The translations under genes were made by a program, and so were the position numbers. Below, piece after piece: positions 1 to 12,098 of a stretch of 64,000 nt of DNA; the stretch's first letter is position 1; each line of letters begins with the position of its first letter. Source of the stretch: Paragordius varius (lineage: Eukaryota; Animalia; Nematomorpha); assembly GCA_964247055.1 (NCBI GenBank), contig OZ176053.1, positions 4,154,001 to 4,218,000 on the forward strand, written 5' to 3'. The notes below the pieces were generated by a model, which saw nothing but the letters and a program-made list of their open reading frames with translations, searched no databases and was not told the DNA's origin.

Positions 1-3000
1 TTTTGACAAACAGTTACATGCATATTTAAACTTTCCAACAAATTTTTGATAATATAGGTAACCAAATACTTTGTGTATACTTCTTTTTTGCTATCATTTA
101 CATCTCGATTCATGACACTGAGAATGAGAGAGTTTATAAATTGATTTTGACAAATACATACATCAGTTGGATTAGTGTCAACTATAGAAAACTGCTCAAA
201 GCTCTTAACATAAGTTGCGATGAGACTAACAACTATTTCACAATCAAGCAACTCCATAAGTTGACCAATAAAATGTCCAATGTTGTAATTCAAATCATAT
301 ATCAAGTTCCTCGCTACTGTATTTTTTGATTTCCCATTTTTATCATTTAGCGTGGTTGGTAAATTGGGTGTATTTGTCAATCGTTGATGCAATTCCGCGG
401 AAACCATGCCAATAAGGGAAGATAAATCATCCAAGAATGGTTGCGAATACGTACATTTGTTCGGACAGTTAGAAGTGTTTATGGTCATTAAAGTGCTGCT
501 AGTTTGCGACGAATTCGTATGTTGTGATTGTGATTTGTAATGTATCATACTCTGTATGATAAGGTTAAAAAAGATGTATGAATTGTTAAGCGAATTCTCT
601 TTAACATCTCCGCTTGAAACTACCCACTGCAAAGCAATTTCTTCATGCAAAATTCGTTGTTTTACGATAACAGCCGTTCCAAACGAAGGGTGAGATTGCT
701 TATTTATTAACTGATTAAAATCATGTTTGCTTAAATCATTTTTATCGAAATCTAATTTATATCCAATGTTTGTGGTAAATTCATTTTTGTTATTGGATAA
801 ATTATTGGTACTTGATAAAGTACGTTGATTATAAATATCTTCATAATCTAGCGAAATGTTTCCCGAAAATCCTTTCTTCATTTTTCGACCCAGTGTACCA
901 TAAGTCTTGGGTATTTCATTTACAGCAGGTTGGTCAAACATTTCGGCAGCTATCAAAGGATTGCTGTGTGAAACCATTTTTGAAAAAGTTTTTTCTGGCA
1001 CCCAACTGTTAATGTAGGCATTAAGACAAGCCTCATAAAAATGTTTATTGCTAGTAAAATCACAATTTATGGGTAAGTTTTTGCTGTTGTTAGCGTTCAT
1101 TTCGGTTGTAACACTGTGAATGGTTTTACCTCTACTACCATGATTATTCCGAAGAAACTCTACCATATAAGCTAAGGATTCAAAAGCAAGAGGGGCCCAA
1201 CTTATGAGATGGTCATCGTGACTCGGCTCACATACAACATATTGACACGCAATAAAATGAACGAATTCATCCAACAATGTAAATAATACGGGATATATAT
1301 GTTCAGCGGTATCCGTTGTTAAATTTTTTAATGCCATAAGTGATTCACGAACACATAAATCAATTTTAGAGGCTAAATCACGTCTTTGATCATGACCTAG
1401 GGGTGGACTCGTGAGATAGGGGTGATGATTACCCAAAATATATTTTTGCATGAAAGCTTGAAAACATGGATGTAAAGCATTAGCATTATTGTATTGGGTT
1501 GTAAGCATATGCCTCAAATATAACATTATATTGGTGCGAGATTCGGTAGTAAATAAGGTTGAATTAACCAAAAGTTCACAATCAAAAGCGGGTTTATGGG
1601 CATCTAACCATCGAATCGATGGTAAAGCTGTATGCGGATCAATGTTAGAATAATGGTTGGGTAGTTTATCCAGGGATATGGGGAGAGAATGTGGCCCAGT
1701 TCGGAACACAAATTGTTGGTAACTTAAAAGTGGTAACCAAGTGTACCCCAGGGATGTCAATGAATGGTTATCGGGCATGAGATATTGAAACTTTCCCTGT
1801 AACATATTCAGTTTAAAAGATAATAATATGAATTATATGTGTTACAAAAAAATTATAGATATTTGGGAAATATACCAATCATAAAACTATGTAAGACAGT
1901 AAATTTGATTTTGTTTAACAAAAATTATTATATTCATATAACATTAAAATGCGCATATTATTAACCTTCCGGTATAATGTTTCGTCATTAAGTTTACCAG
2001 TCTCAGCATTGTTCAATTTGATATGATAAAAGGTGAAGAAAATATGCAAATTTTCATCGGAAAAGAGATGATGTAATGGTATATCAAATTTGATTTCATC
2101 GTAAAACTCTGGTGTCCTAAAAATCATGTAAATATTAAGGTTTCATAATTGATAAAACAATATTTGTTATATAAATTTTACATGTGCATACATGAAATAT
2201 GTTTACCTATTATGGTATAAAACTGTGGTATATATTTCACGCAACCTTTCCCCATCCCTACCCACAATGCATGGAAGTACAGAGTGTATCCCTTCACCTT
2301 TCCGCAGTTCAATTTTGACCACAATGTTACGTGCAGATGACGCATTATTAGCAGAAGAGTTAGAGTTTAAAGGCATAGAGGCGTTAGTATTTCCTGTCAA
2401 TGTTTCATTCATAACGCGATGACAATTTGTGTCATTTAAAGTATTGTTAATCGTGGTTGTATTAGTTCCTCCAGATAAAACGTTCTGAGTTTGCTGTTGT
2501 TGCTGTAAATTTTTACCGTAATTGGCAAAATTAACTTTCTTCGGGTATAAATAAAGTGTCAACGAGGATGATGGTGATGAAATACAGTTTGGATGAAGTT
2601 TTTTAGGGGCTAATTCTTGAGGCAAATCAATCGATAACGGTTTAGTTACTCCATTATCAATATCATTATTAAAAGTTGATATATTAGCAGCATTTAGTGT
2701 TGTAGCGTATTTAGATGTCAAATCTAAACAAGCGCTAGTGGTTTGGGCTGAAATATCAATGGACATATTTATGGGGATACAATTTCGGGCAAATCCAGTC
2801 CCTTTTTTGATGGCCGATATAATGGACGCCGTGGTACCAATCGAATCTCCACCTACCTCATTAATTGGTGATTTAGTTTCCAAAATGTGTTTTATTAGAT
2901 CATCATCACTAATTTTTTCCGAATCCTAGATAAAAAATTATGTGGTATATACCATTTATATAATGGGTTTAGAAAAATTATGTAGGTATAAATATATTTT

Positions 3001-6000
3001 ATGCGCATGATTTTAGGATATCAACTATACATATATAAGTTTGTTCTATAATCAATAATGTCCTCAAAATTTTACTTATAACTAGCTCATTAATTTTTAT
3101 ACAATATAATCTAATATTTATTTCTAAATGGAATAGTTTCCATTGTATTCATGCAAAAAATATACCTGTCTAACCACTTTATCGACTGTAAACGTGAATG
3201 GCTTAAATTTAGGCCACGGGCTTACTGTAGGCTTTTGCAAAGTTGCCTTATTATTTTCCCTATCTGATTCCAAAAGCGTTTGACATAGTGCACAAGGCAT
3301 TTCAAAGCCTAGTTTATCATTGTTTTCAATCCTTCTTTTGGTAATTTTATTATTGTTGTATGGCATATCGTTAGATTGATTACTAGTGTTTGTGTTTGTT
3401 GTACAAATTGATACATTATCTTCCCAACTTTTGATATTAGTGGTTAGAGAAATACTTTGATGTGCAGATATAGATGGAGTTGAAGTATTTATAAAATCAT
3501 CTTCAAACGTGGGTATATAAGTCATACCAGTAGAGGAACATATACTACTATCGTAAGAATGAGTGGAATTCCTTGATAAACTAAAATACAATATATACAT
3601 AATGTTAGATTCCATTAAAAAAATGTGGATATCTTGAAAATAACTATAATTTAATATCTGTTAAATAAAAAATTATAAATATTGATTTATAATTAGCATA
3701 CTAATATGTGGACGGTAAGTATCATTATCAATGCAATTTTTCTTTATAGGCAAAATTTTTATGAATTAAGATTAAATTGGTTAACAGTTTTATTATTGCA
3801 CAATTACATCTTTACTGAAGATAGCTCAACACATAAAACCTAAAAGAGTTAAGCATAATAAAAAATTTGTATGAAAAAAATAATATTTAAAATACAAAGT
3901 ACTATTTGACATAAGCCGTATCGATTCAAATTTAACTTAATAAATTAATTATTATGGTAAAACTCTCATCATTTTATGTGATTAGAATAATAATACTAAA
4001 CAACAACCAAGAAAATATTATAATTGTAATTATATTTAGCATTGTCAAATTTACAGTAATATTAACCTTTTGGAACTTATCTGATGGCATTTCAATGTCC
4101 CAGTGTTGCGCAATTCAACGGTTTTTTCATCAGCATAAGCATTCTGGGGGGTGTTAGCACATGCAGAACTACTACTGTAGTAATTATTATTATCTTCCGA
4201 GATCATAGATTGAGTTTTGTCTCTAACTTGCAATCCATCATTTTCATTTAAATTATTATTGTTTGATGTTCCGTGCAATGAAGAATAATTTGCGGAATTT
4301 CGTAGTAATGGGACGCTATGAACTTTATCTAAATAAAAATATGAGCTTATGATGGTAGTCTTAGAAATATAATATAAATAACCCTTTTTGTGAATATTTT
4401 TTAATAGAGGTTATTTTTAATTACAATTAAAATTAAATTATTAAAACATTGGAATTTTTTAATTAAAATATTTAAAAAATTTACCTGTAAGCCAATTACT
4501 TCAGAAATATACCGTGAGAAATTGTAAAATACCATAAACAAAAACCACATAAATATAGCTGATTAAATATAAAAGCTTGGCCTTAGTAAAAATTAAAATA
4601 GATAGATATAGTTTTCCTCTTTAACCCGCTTGCAATTTGTCACGAAACAGTTTACGGTTTTATAACAGATTACAAGTTTTTAAACCCCCCTTAATAAGAA
4701 AAAAACAACAAGATTTTAGTTATGCATGCTTACATAGTAAAACACAGGCACCAATCGATCAAATTTCCCTATATAATTAAACATTTGAAGTAACCAACGT
4801 TATCTACTTTGAGTACAAAAACATTCCGACTATTAAACAACAATAGTGCATCATTGCAAAGGGCATCTCTTAAATCAGAAAAGGTTGACAAAGATCATAG
4901 ACACCATTGGCAATCCATATTAACACATGAGAAAAACGATTTTTGGGTGAAGAAAATCAAAAGTATTGACTTAACTTCAGCAGGAAAGTGATCAAATCAC
5001 AAAATTTGTACAAGCAAAAGATTGAAATCATATAGCGAATGTGGTAAACATGGTCAGGAAAATACAAAACTAAATGGTTATATGCACACATTGGCATTTG
5101 ACAAACTTTTATTTTTAAATGAAAGATTCTACAAGAGATTATTGCGCATTCCTTTGTAGAGCAAGGCTCAGATGAATGATATACAAAGTAATACACTCAA
5201 CTTTATAAACAAATACTAGCATTTAAATTTGAGATTAGATAAAGTCGTCGTTGAGACAAAAAACTTAAATTATTCAATGGATAATATTGTTATAATTCAG
5301 CTATAATTGAATGAATTCATTAAGTAAATTTTCGATTACAACAAGTAATCTTTGTTAAAGGGAAAAATAAAATTAAAATACCATAGTTTGAAAATTGGTA
5401 CTGTCCTTTATCAATATATAAGGCATCTAACTATTTTTTAAGAAACGTAAACATCGTATAAAATAGCTGTAATGTTAAATAGTAAAATTAGAAATCCACC
5501 GCTAAAATATAATTTCACTGTATTTTTTAGAAAATCGATCATATTTCGGTTGTGCCGCTGTGTTAAACAATAAATTTAACTTTTTTTAAAAATTCATACC
5601 TTTAACCTTAATTGAAAAAGTATGATTTTCATTCGATTTGAATTCCATTTCGTTACCACTGTTATTTGCTTTGATAATTTGATAAACATTAAGTGCTGTC
5701 CAGGCAAATGGCATACGATATGCAGAAGTAGCATAATTTAACAAGTTATTTCGTAATTTTTCCTTAATCTATATAAATAAATTGACATAATATAACTTTA
5801 TGATCTATATTTAATTTGGTGTAAGGATCGGATATTTCTGAAATTTCACCCTTTTGTAAAGCTTTTTCGAATCTAATTACAAGATAAATTGATTTGGTAG
5901 GAAAGGTTATGTTAAATTTGCAGTTATGTTTTGTATTAACACCATCTCTCAGATCAAAGTAATAGTTTTCAGATATCTGACATTATTTATAAAAAACATA

Positions 6001-6400
6001 CTTTTTGTTTATTACAAACATCATACAGTGATATAATTGCATAAAAGTTTTCAATATGCATATTAAAAAAGCTTCCACTAAAACCCAAATTTAAAACATA
6101 GGAAAAATGTCGATAATCATAATTTAAATCACATTGGTCCTATAGTTATAATTAAAAATACTTTTGTCATAATATTTTGCAATTTAATTGGATTTTTATG
6201 TTCGCCGTACTTTTCATCGTTACTACCTTTATAGGATAATAATATATTGTGATGTTGGTCAAAAACTCCTTCTAAAATTTGATCAGGGGCAATATCCAAC
6301 AGCATTTGTTTTACCGATGTGTGTAGGCAGCAAACACCAGCAGCTGATCGTTGTTACTTGCTTTCTTGCGGTTTTTCATATAATAATGAGAAATATGCAT
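1..6400 (-). CDS. DOCK7: Dedicator of cytokinesis, DOCK-C subfamily (DOCK6/7/8-like) Rho-GEF; multi-exon, 3'-partial, 5' end uncertain
   Basis: Inferred exons (minus): ~6400/6300..6162, 6139..6002, 5976..5797, 5768..5600, 4328..4067, 3580..3166, 2925..2207, 2116..1966, and 1796..<1 (open for ~598 codons to the window edge). Junction phases are compatible. Motifs match DOCK7-type proteins: ISLYDVCNKQK|ISENYYFDL, GEISEISDPY, YRMPFAWTA, DSEKISDDDLIK, the DHR-1/C2 motifs LYLYPKKVNFAN..SARNIVVKI..TVLYHNRTPEFYDEIK..HIFFTFYHI..LGYTWLPLL, and RILHEEIALQWVVSSG. The exact paralog (6, 7 or 8) cannot be resolved. Confidence 0.9.
4760..5200 (+). mobile_element. Possible degraded Ty1/copia reverse transcriptase fragment in a DOCK intron
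   Basis: Broken frames give GHLLNQKRLTKIIDTIG and ..FYKRLLRIPL, loosely like copia RT motifs (GITLSQ.KY.., KRILRYL). It has many stops and only weak similarity. Confidence 0.25.
5769..5796 (-). other. 28-nt GT-AG intron (DOCK gene)
   Basis: Sequence gttatattatgtcaatttatttatatag. Unspliced reading hits TAA; removing it joins SDPYTKLNIDHK to IKEKLRNN..YRMPFAWTA. Confidence 0.8.
5977..6001 (-). other. 25-nt GT-AG intron (DOCK gene)
   Basis: Sequence gtatgttttttataaataatgtcag, containing an in-frame TAA. Removing it restores the conserved LYDVCNKQK-ISENYYFDL. Confidence 0.85.
6140..6161 (-). other. 22-nt GT-AG intron (DOCK gene)
   Basis: Sequence gtatttttaattataactatag. Unspliced reading hits TGA; removing it joins ..IMTK to DQCDLNYDYRHFSYVLNL..IENFYAIISLYD in frame. 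A longer alternative acceptor at 6078 has an incompatible phase. Confidence 0.65.
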
Positions 6401-6403
6401 GCA

Positions 6404-7560
6404 TTGGGTGACCAGATTTTTTGAGGATAAAGCGGGATAAATCTGAGAAAGGGAGGGGGGCATGGGGGGCGAAAGTTTAACCAAAAGTTTTTATACAAAA
6501 AATTTATTGTAATATTTATTTTTTTTAAAACAAATATATTATAAATATAAAAAAATATTTTATTCCTTGGTCTCAGATTATTCGTACCTTATTCAATATC
6601 TTTAGATGGGCACGAACAAAGGCAAGCGATTGTATGCAATGTCATTTCACCACATTTTTCTGAAATAGAAAAACATTTGCAGAAAATAAATTTAATATCG
6701 CTATATTCTAATGCACACAATATTTTCCCACTCTCATTCTCTACCCAGTGATGACATAAATTTTACTTCAATAATGAATATTCTGGAAAAAATAATTAAA
6801 AAGACAAAATCATCGCAAAGTGCGCTGGTTGGAAATGCAAGGTGCGGCACAAAAAAATTTTAATAAAATAGCGAATAATCTTAATCAAAACATTATTGGC
6901 GGATACACAACGCTGTTTCACAGCAGCTGATTTGTTATCCCTGGATGTGGAAAATGTAGTTGTTAAAATGCTTGGATATTGTAGAACTCGTCGGTTAATT
7001 CTTTTGCCAGCTATTAAAAAAATTTAAAAATGTATGATCACCTAAAATCCTATTTTTTTATCACAGGACAAATCTAAAATTCCAAGTCAAGATAGGTTTG
7101 AAAATAACTTAATACCATTCTTTAATAACAAAATTTTAAATCATCCATAAAAACAAGGCTCAGGGAATAGGCAGGATATAAAAATGTTTTATACAAACTG
7201 AAAAGATTATTTGGAAGACGGTGCAATTTAATGACACTTTTTTCTGAATAACATTATTAAATAAATATATTGATAATGAAAAATTAAATTATGGACAATG
7301 AAAAAACTACAGAAGAATAGAAATGGTTTAAAATAATCATTTTTAAACAAACTATATTCCATACAATATTTAAAAATCGTAGAATTTTCATTATCTTTAC
7401 CTGGAACTACTGCCATTGAACGCGTTTTTCCGTAAATCAAGTGTGGACACGGAAAAATCAAATTTAAATGTTGAAACTTTAAAAGCCATTTTATGTGTTC
7501 AAATATAATTTGACAAATTATTATGAGGACTTATACAATATTTTAAGTAATTTTTTTTAT
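6404..7560 (+). mobile_element. hAT DNA transposon remnant, copy A (Tip100/Zaphod-like terminus)
   Basis: Terminus TTGGGTGACCAGAT at 6404. Internal decayed transposase includes ..LPGTTAIERVFS (hAT dimerisation-domain-like). Segments 6627-6720 and 7470-7540 are homologous to inverted segments at 8860-8960 and 7640-7740. Confidence 0.7.
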
Positions 7561-7599
7561 TTTACACAAAAACTTTATAAATATAAGAATATTTTATTC

Positions 7600-9739
7600 T
7601 TTGGTATATTTTTTATTTGAATGAATGCGTTTTAGCAGATTGTCATCATTTTTTAAATATTGTAGAAGTCTTCACAAAAATTTGTCAAATTATATTTGAC
7701 AAATAAAATGGCCAAAATTTTACCATAAAAATGTGACTTTTCCTATGTCCACACCTGATTTACTGTGAAAGAAAACGCGCTCATTAGCAGCGTTGGTTCC
7801 AGGTAAAGATAGTGCGAAAACCACAGTTTTTAACATATTAATATGGAACATAGTTTGTTTCAAAATGAGAAATATTTCTAACCATTTCTGTTCTACTGTA
7901 TTTTTTCGTGTTGTCCATAATTTAAGTTTTTCATTGTTAATATATTTTTTAAATAATGAAGATAATTGAAAGATTACTTTTTGGGAATTTTTGGGAGATG
8001 CAGATGTAATCAAATGATTTTTGAACATCGCACCAATTTAATTCTGGTTTTAATGTTATCCAATAAAAATGACCAAGTTCATTGAATTGCACCGTCCAGT
8101 CCCCCAAATCTTTACAGTTTGAATAAAACATTTGTTTTTCCAAAAAATTATTTTCTAACCCTTCTTGACATTGGAATTTTAGGTTACTAACTTCATTGGC
8201 TACTTCGATTGCCGAAATTTTGTCACCTTCTATCAATTTAATAACATTTTGAAAGAGAGAGGCTTGATTATGTAGGAACTAACCATATTTTTAAAGAATC
8301 ACTTTCAAAAAACTTTTCCAAAGTTGTAGGCCATTTGTCCTGTGATTAAAAAGAATTTTAATGGATCCTACATCTTTAAAATTCTTTCGATAGCTGGCAG
8401 AAGAGCTAACCAACGAGTTTTAAAATATCTAATTTTTGATATTAAACTTCTGCATTTTCACAGAATTCCTTAAGCGTTTCAACGCGTACCGTGTATATAG
8501 AAAAATAGGAATATATTTTAACAACTACATTTCCCACATCTAGGGGTAACAAAGCAGCAGCTGTTTGAATAGCGTTTTTATTATATGCGCTGCACACCAA
8601 ACGCCAATAATGTTTTGATTAAGATTATCTGCTAATTTAGGAAAAATAATCTTTTCCTCTCCTTGCTTTTTCACCGAAGTTCGTATTGGTGTTGTCAGCG
8701 CAATATGCGATAATTTTGTCTTTTATATTATTTTTTTTAGAATATTCATTAGTGAAGTAAAAATTATGCACCAGGTAGCGAAATAAAATCTAAAATTTTA
8801 ATGATTACTCCGGTTTCTGGATCAAAATATCTTATTAAAGCGGGAAATAATTTTGTTTCCTTGTGATTTTATGCATCAGAGTATAGCGATATGAAATTAA
8901 TTTTCAGCAAATCTTTTTGTATTTCAGAACATGTGGCAAAAGGACATTGCATACAATGAGATCTAAAGGAATGATTGCCATTAATGGCGTGAAAAAATAA
9001 AACGCCTTCGGCTGGTGCCAAATTCTTTTCTTCCTCTCCACAAGTGTTTTTCAATAAAGATCGCTCATTTTGTAAGATGATGCCGCCACATCTAAACATT
9101 TTTTATGTTTCTGTGTTTCCATATGCTTTAAAATATCATGCTTGCCGCCATGTGTTAGGGTGAATTCCCCCTCGCATAAAGAAGAATTAACAAATAATTG
9201 AATATTCGTTTTTTTGATAAAAGGAAATTGTTTCATTAATTCATCGTTGAATTTAAACCTCTTTTGGTACTCATATCTTGAAACTAATATTAGTATTACC
9301 TTAATTTTCTGGAGTAAACGTATAAGCTCCCGATTTGTGGTATTAATTTGTCTTTTTGATAATGTTGGCAGGTAATATAACTAAAATATTAGTATAAAAA
9401 TTTTATACCTTAATTTTCTGGAGTAAACGTATAAGCTACCGTTTTGTGGTATTAATTTGTCTTTTTATAATTGGCAGTAAGAGTAGGAAGCAAAGTCCAT
9501 AGTCATATGATATATTCGAAAAAATAAATTTTAATTGAAAAATAAAAAATTTTAATTTAAAATTGATATATATTTTAAAGATAACTAATAATGAAAAATT
9601 TAAACGGATAAAAAAATTTTTTATAAAAAATTTAAATGTATTTAAAAATTTTTTTTATATAATTGTGAAAAGCGAGAATTTCGAAAACGTAGCGGGACGC
9701 GGGACAAAGTGTGAAAAAGCGGGACGTCTAGTCACCCTA
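7600..9739 (-). mobile_element. hAT DNA transposon remnant, copy B (pseudogenised transposase)
   Basis: Terminus TAGGGTGACTAGACGTCCCGC at 9739 (minus) with subterminal GCGGGAC repeats. ORF fragments include a zinc-finger-like LCEGEFTLTHGGKHDILKHMETQKH (9051-9236), a core fragment (7949-8236) and C-terminal LPGTNAANERVFF (7720-8028). There are multiple stops and frameshifts. Confidence 0.8.
9285..9478. repeat. ~110-bp tandem duplication inside the hAT remnant
   Basis: TACCTTAATTTTCTGGAGTAAACGTATAAGCT.CCG.TTTGTGGTATTAATTTGTCTTTTT occurs twice, at ~9297 and ~9407. Confidence 0.85.
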
Positions 9740-10080
9740 ACCATTATATACGTTTATACGTGTTGTATTCGCCATTTAAATTAAAAAGATGGCCTGAAAT
9801 TCGAGATGAGAATTTTTTGAAATTTTGATGTTTTTTAAAAAATAGCGTAAAAGGCTAAAGAGATTTGATCCAAATATTAATATATTTTTAAAATATTTTC
9901 AAATGGCCATGGGGTATAAAATTAACCCCAAAAGGTCATGAAGTCTTAAAGGTTGGTTTGCTTTAAAATTTGGTAAATTTTTGTAAAATACAACATAAAT
10001 TTTAAGACGAACCAATATTTAATTCTGAGGTGATAGAGCATCATCGAATTATATAGGCAAAATCTTTTTACAATATCTAT

Positions 10081-10953
10081 CAGGGGTTTTTAAACTATGG
10101 GTCGCGACCCCATTTGGGGTCGCGAGTGATAAAAATACAATTTAACAAAAAATGTTTTTTAACTTGTAAAATTGTTATAAAAAAATAACAATTATCGTAT
10201 ATATATATATCATCTGGTTCCGAAAAACTGTTTATACCAGCATTTCTCTTCCGAACATAGGTATTTCACTGTTTTAATGAGGGAAGAAAAGATTGTCTTT
10301 GGAAACGTCTTTTGTGAAAAAACAATTATATTCTTCTAGTTTTAATTTGTCAGTGCCCTCTGTAACAAGATTTTAATTTTCTTTTTATTCGGTAATTAAT
10401 AATCAAATATAATCTGCAATATGTTATTTTTATATATTTATTGTATTTTAGGATAAAAATAATTTATTTAACTGGCTGGTGGTAGATCTAACAATATACG
10501 AGTATATTGTGGAAAAAATATTAAACTGACTAATTCGGAAAAAGATGCAGTTATTCACAATCATACAATGGCTAAATAATAAAAAATGTTTATATAGTTC
10601 TTTGAAATAACACTTAGAAATTTTGTTGATAATATTTATCAGGATTATTTCGGTTTTAAGAAATTGACAAAAACAAATCTACATTTTCTTTAAATTTCTA
10701 TAACATCTTCTGATTCATAGTAAATATATACAATATATTATAATCGGAATATTTGTGCAAATTTCAATTTATGATTTTTTATGTTTCAAAATGAATTCTA
10801 AATTTATATAGTTTCATATGCATATGTATATTGTTTCTTAATAAATATATCATCAAAAAATATTAATTTATCTTTCTTTTATATTTATTGGGGTCGCTAA
10901 GAAATTTGCGATCATAAATGGGGTCGCGACACACAAAAGTTTAAGAAGCCCTG
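10081..10953. mobile_element. Non-autonomous hAT (Charlie-like) element / MITE
   Basis: Imperfect TIRs CAGGGGTTTTTAAACT (10081) and AGTTTAAGAAGCCCTG (ending 10953), with subterminal GGGTCGCGA repeats at both ends. The right flank ATCTAGAT fits the Charlie NTCTAGAN target; the left TSD is degenerate. Confidence 0.8.
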
Positions 10954-11836
10954 ATCTAGATTGTTATCATGCTTCAATAAATATTTGCTAAAAATTAAAT
11001 TTTAAAACAAAGTATGCATTCTTTGAAAAATATTTTTTGTGATGCCACAAGGTTATCATGTATTAAAAATTCTTTGTTCGGCATTTTTGCGATTAGCCCA
11101 TTTTGTAGGAGCGAAAAACAAATTTCGGAGCCCATACCTAAAAATTAAAATATTGTTTTTCTTTTATAGGTAGTTTATAATATATTTTAAGGATATTTTT
11201 GGAAGCAGATAGTCACCAAAAAATATTACTTAACAAAATTAAGTAAATTTTATTTTCTGATTGGGGCAGTTACCATAGGGTAAATAAGTAAGGGCACAAT
11301 TAAAAGCATGATAATCCTGATATTTTCCTATCAGAATATGTATTGGACGCAGCGTTATACAAAAACTAACTAAATCAATGCTATTTGAGGGGATGGATGC
11401 CATCAGCGATATTAAGTGCTAATTATAGGTAAAAATTGATGTTGGTGATTTTATTTAAAAGGCAATTTTTTTATTTAACATAAATATATTTGAAAATTTT
11501 TTATCGATAGGAATTTAAAATCTAAAAGCTAAGTCCCAAAAAAAGTTGTATGCAAAAAAATACCAAGTGTCGGCGTTGCGATATTCTTTTTAATTAATTC
11601 TTAAAATACAAAATAGATAAAAAATATTATTATGGATAATATGATTTTAGTTGTGTGGTTATGTTACGACTTCAACAAAAATGTTTTTAAAAGCTAAGTA
11701 TAAGAATACTTTTTTAGATGAACTGTAAAATCAGCTTAGAATGTTTATACCATGACCAAAACAACTTTTTTAGTGTTTAAGCCTTTTATTATCATGTCCA
11801 TTATACTGAGAGTCTTGGATCAAATGATATTTAATA

Positions 11837-12098
11837 TAGTGGTTCGCAAAAGGGGGAAATTACCCCCAAGGGGGGGGGGGGGGCACAGAAAAATCTAGCG
11901 GGGAAGGGGCAAAAATTTTGAATTCAATTAAAATGTACAATAAAAGGTTATCAGGTGAAAGGATCTCATTGATTATGATTTTTATTATATTAAGAAAAAT
12001 TTGGCATTTTTCTTAGTTTTTTCAGAAGAAATGGTAGGGAGGTGCAACAATTTTTTTTTAATTTGGTGGGGCGTGAACAAAAAAGGTTGGAAACACTG
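11837..12098. mobile_element. Short hAT-type MITE
   Basis: Ends TAGTGGTTCGCAAA and GGTTGGAAACACTG, with near-identical 8-bp flanks ATTTAATA / ATACAATA and an internal G-run. Confidence 0.6.

Noticed and set aside
141-2929. Plus-strand ORFs 141-329, 812-1012, 2192-2422 and 2738-2929
   Set aside because: They are antisense shadows of DOCK coding exons and have no recognisable motifs.
4485-4560. Apparent extra DOCK exon with a strong CAG|GTAAAT donor at 4485
   Set aside because: Its only open frame is phase 0, incompatible with the next exon, whereas 5600 joins 4328 directly in phase.
6337-6350. Possible 14-nt GT..AG intron (gtaacaacgatcag) linking DOCK 5' frames
   Set aside because: It is shorter than any well-supported spliceosomal intron, and a 92-nt intron or a later ATG explains the frames.
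6404-6460. In-frame extension IYPALSSKNLVTQ upstream of the DOCK ATG with a CAG acceptor
   Set aside because: This sequence is the hAT terminal region, so the open frame is probably coincidental, though exonisation is not excluded.
11260-11430. GC-richer block considered as an upstream DOCK exon
   Set aside because: It matches 23990-24090 (CATGATAA.CCTG.TA.TTT.CCTATCAGAATAT), so it is a dispersed repeat and not an exon.
11866-11910. G-runs suggesting G-quadruplexes (also 6451-6470 and poly-C at 50107-50122)
   Set aside because: They lie within transposon subterminal regions or are simple homopolymers, with no evidence of function.
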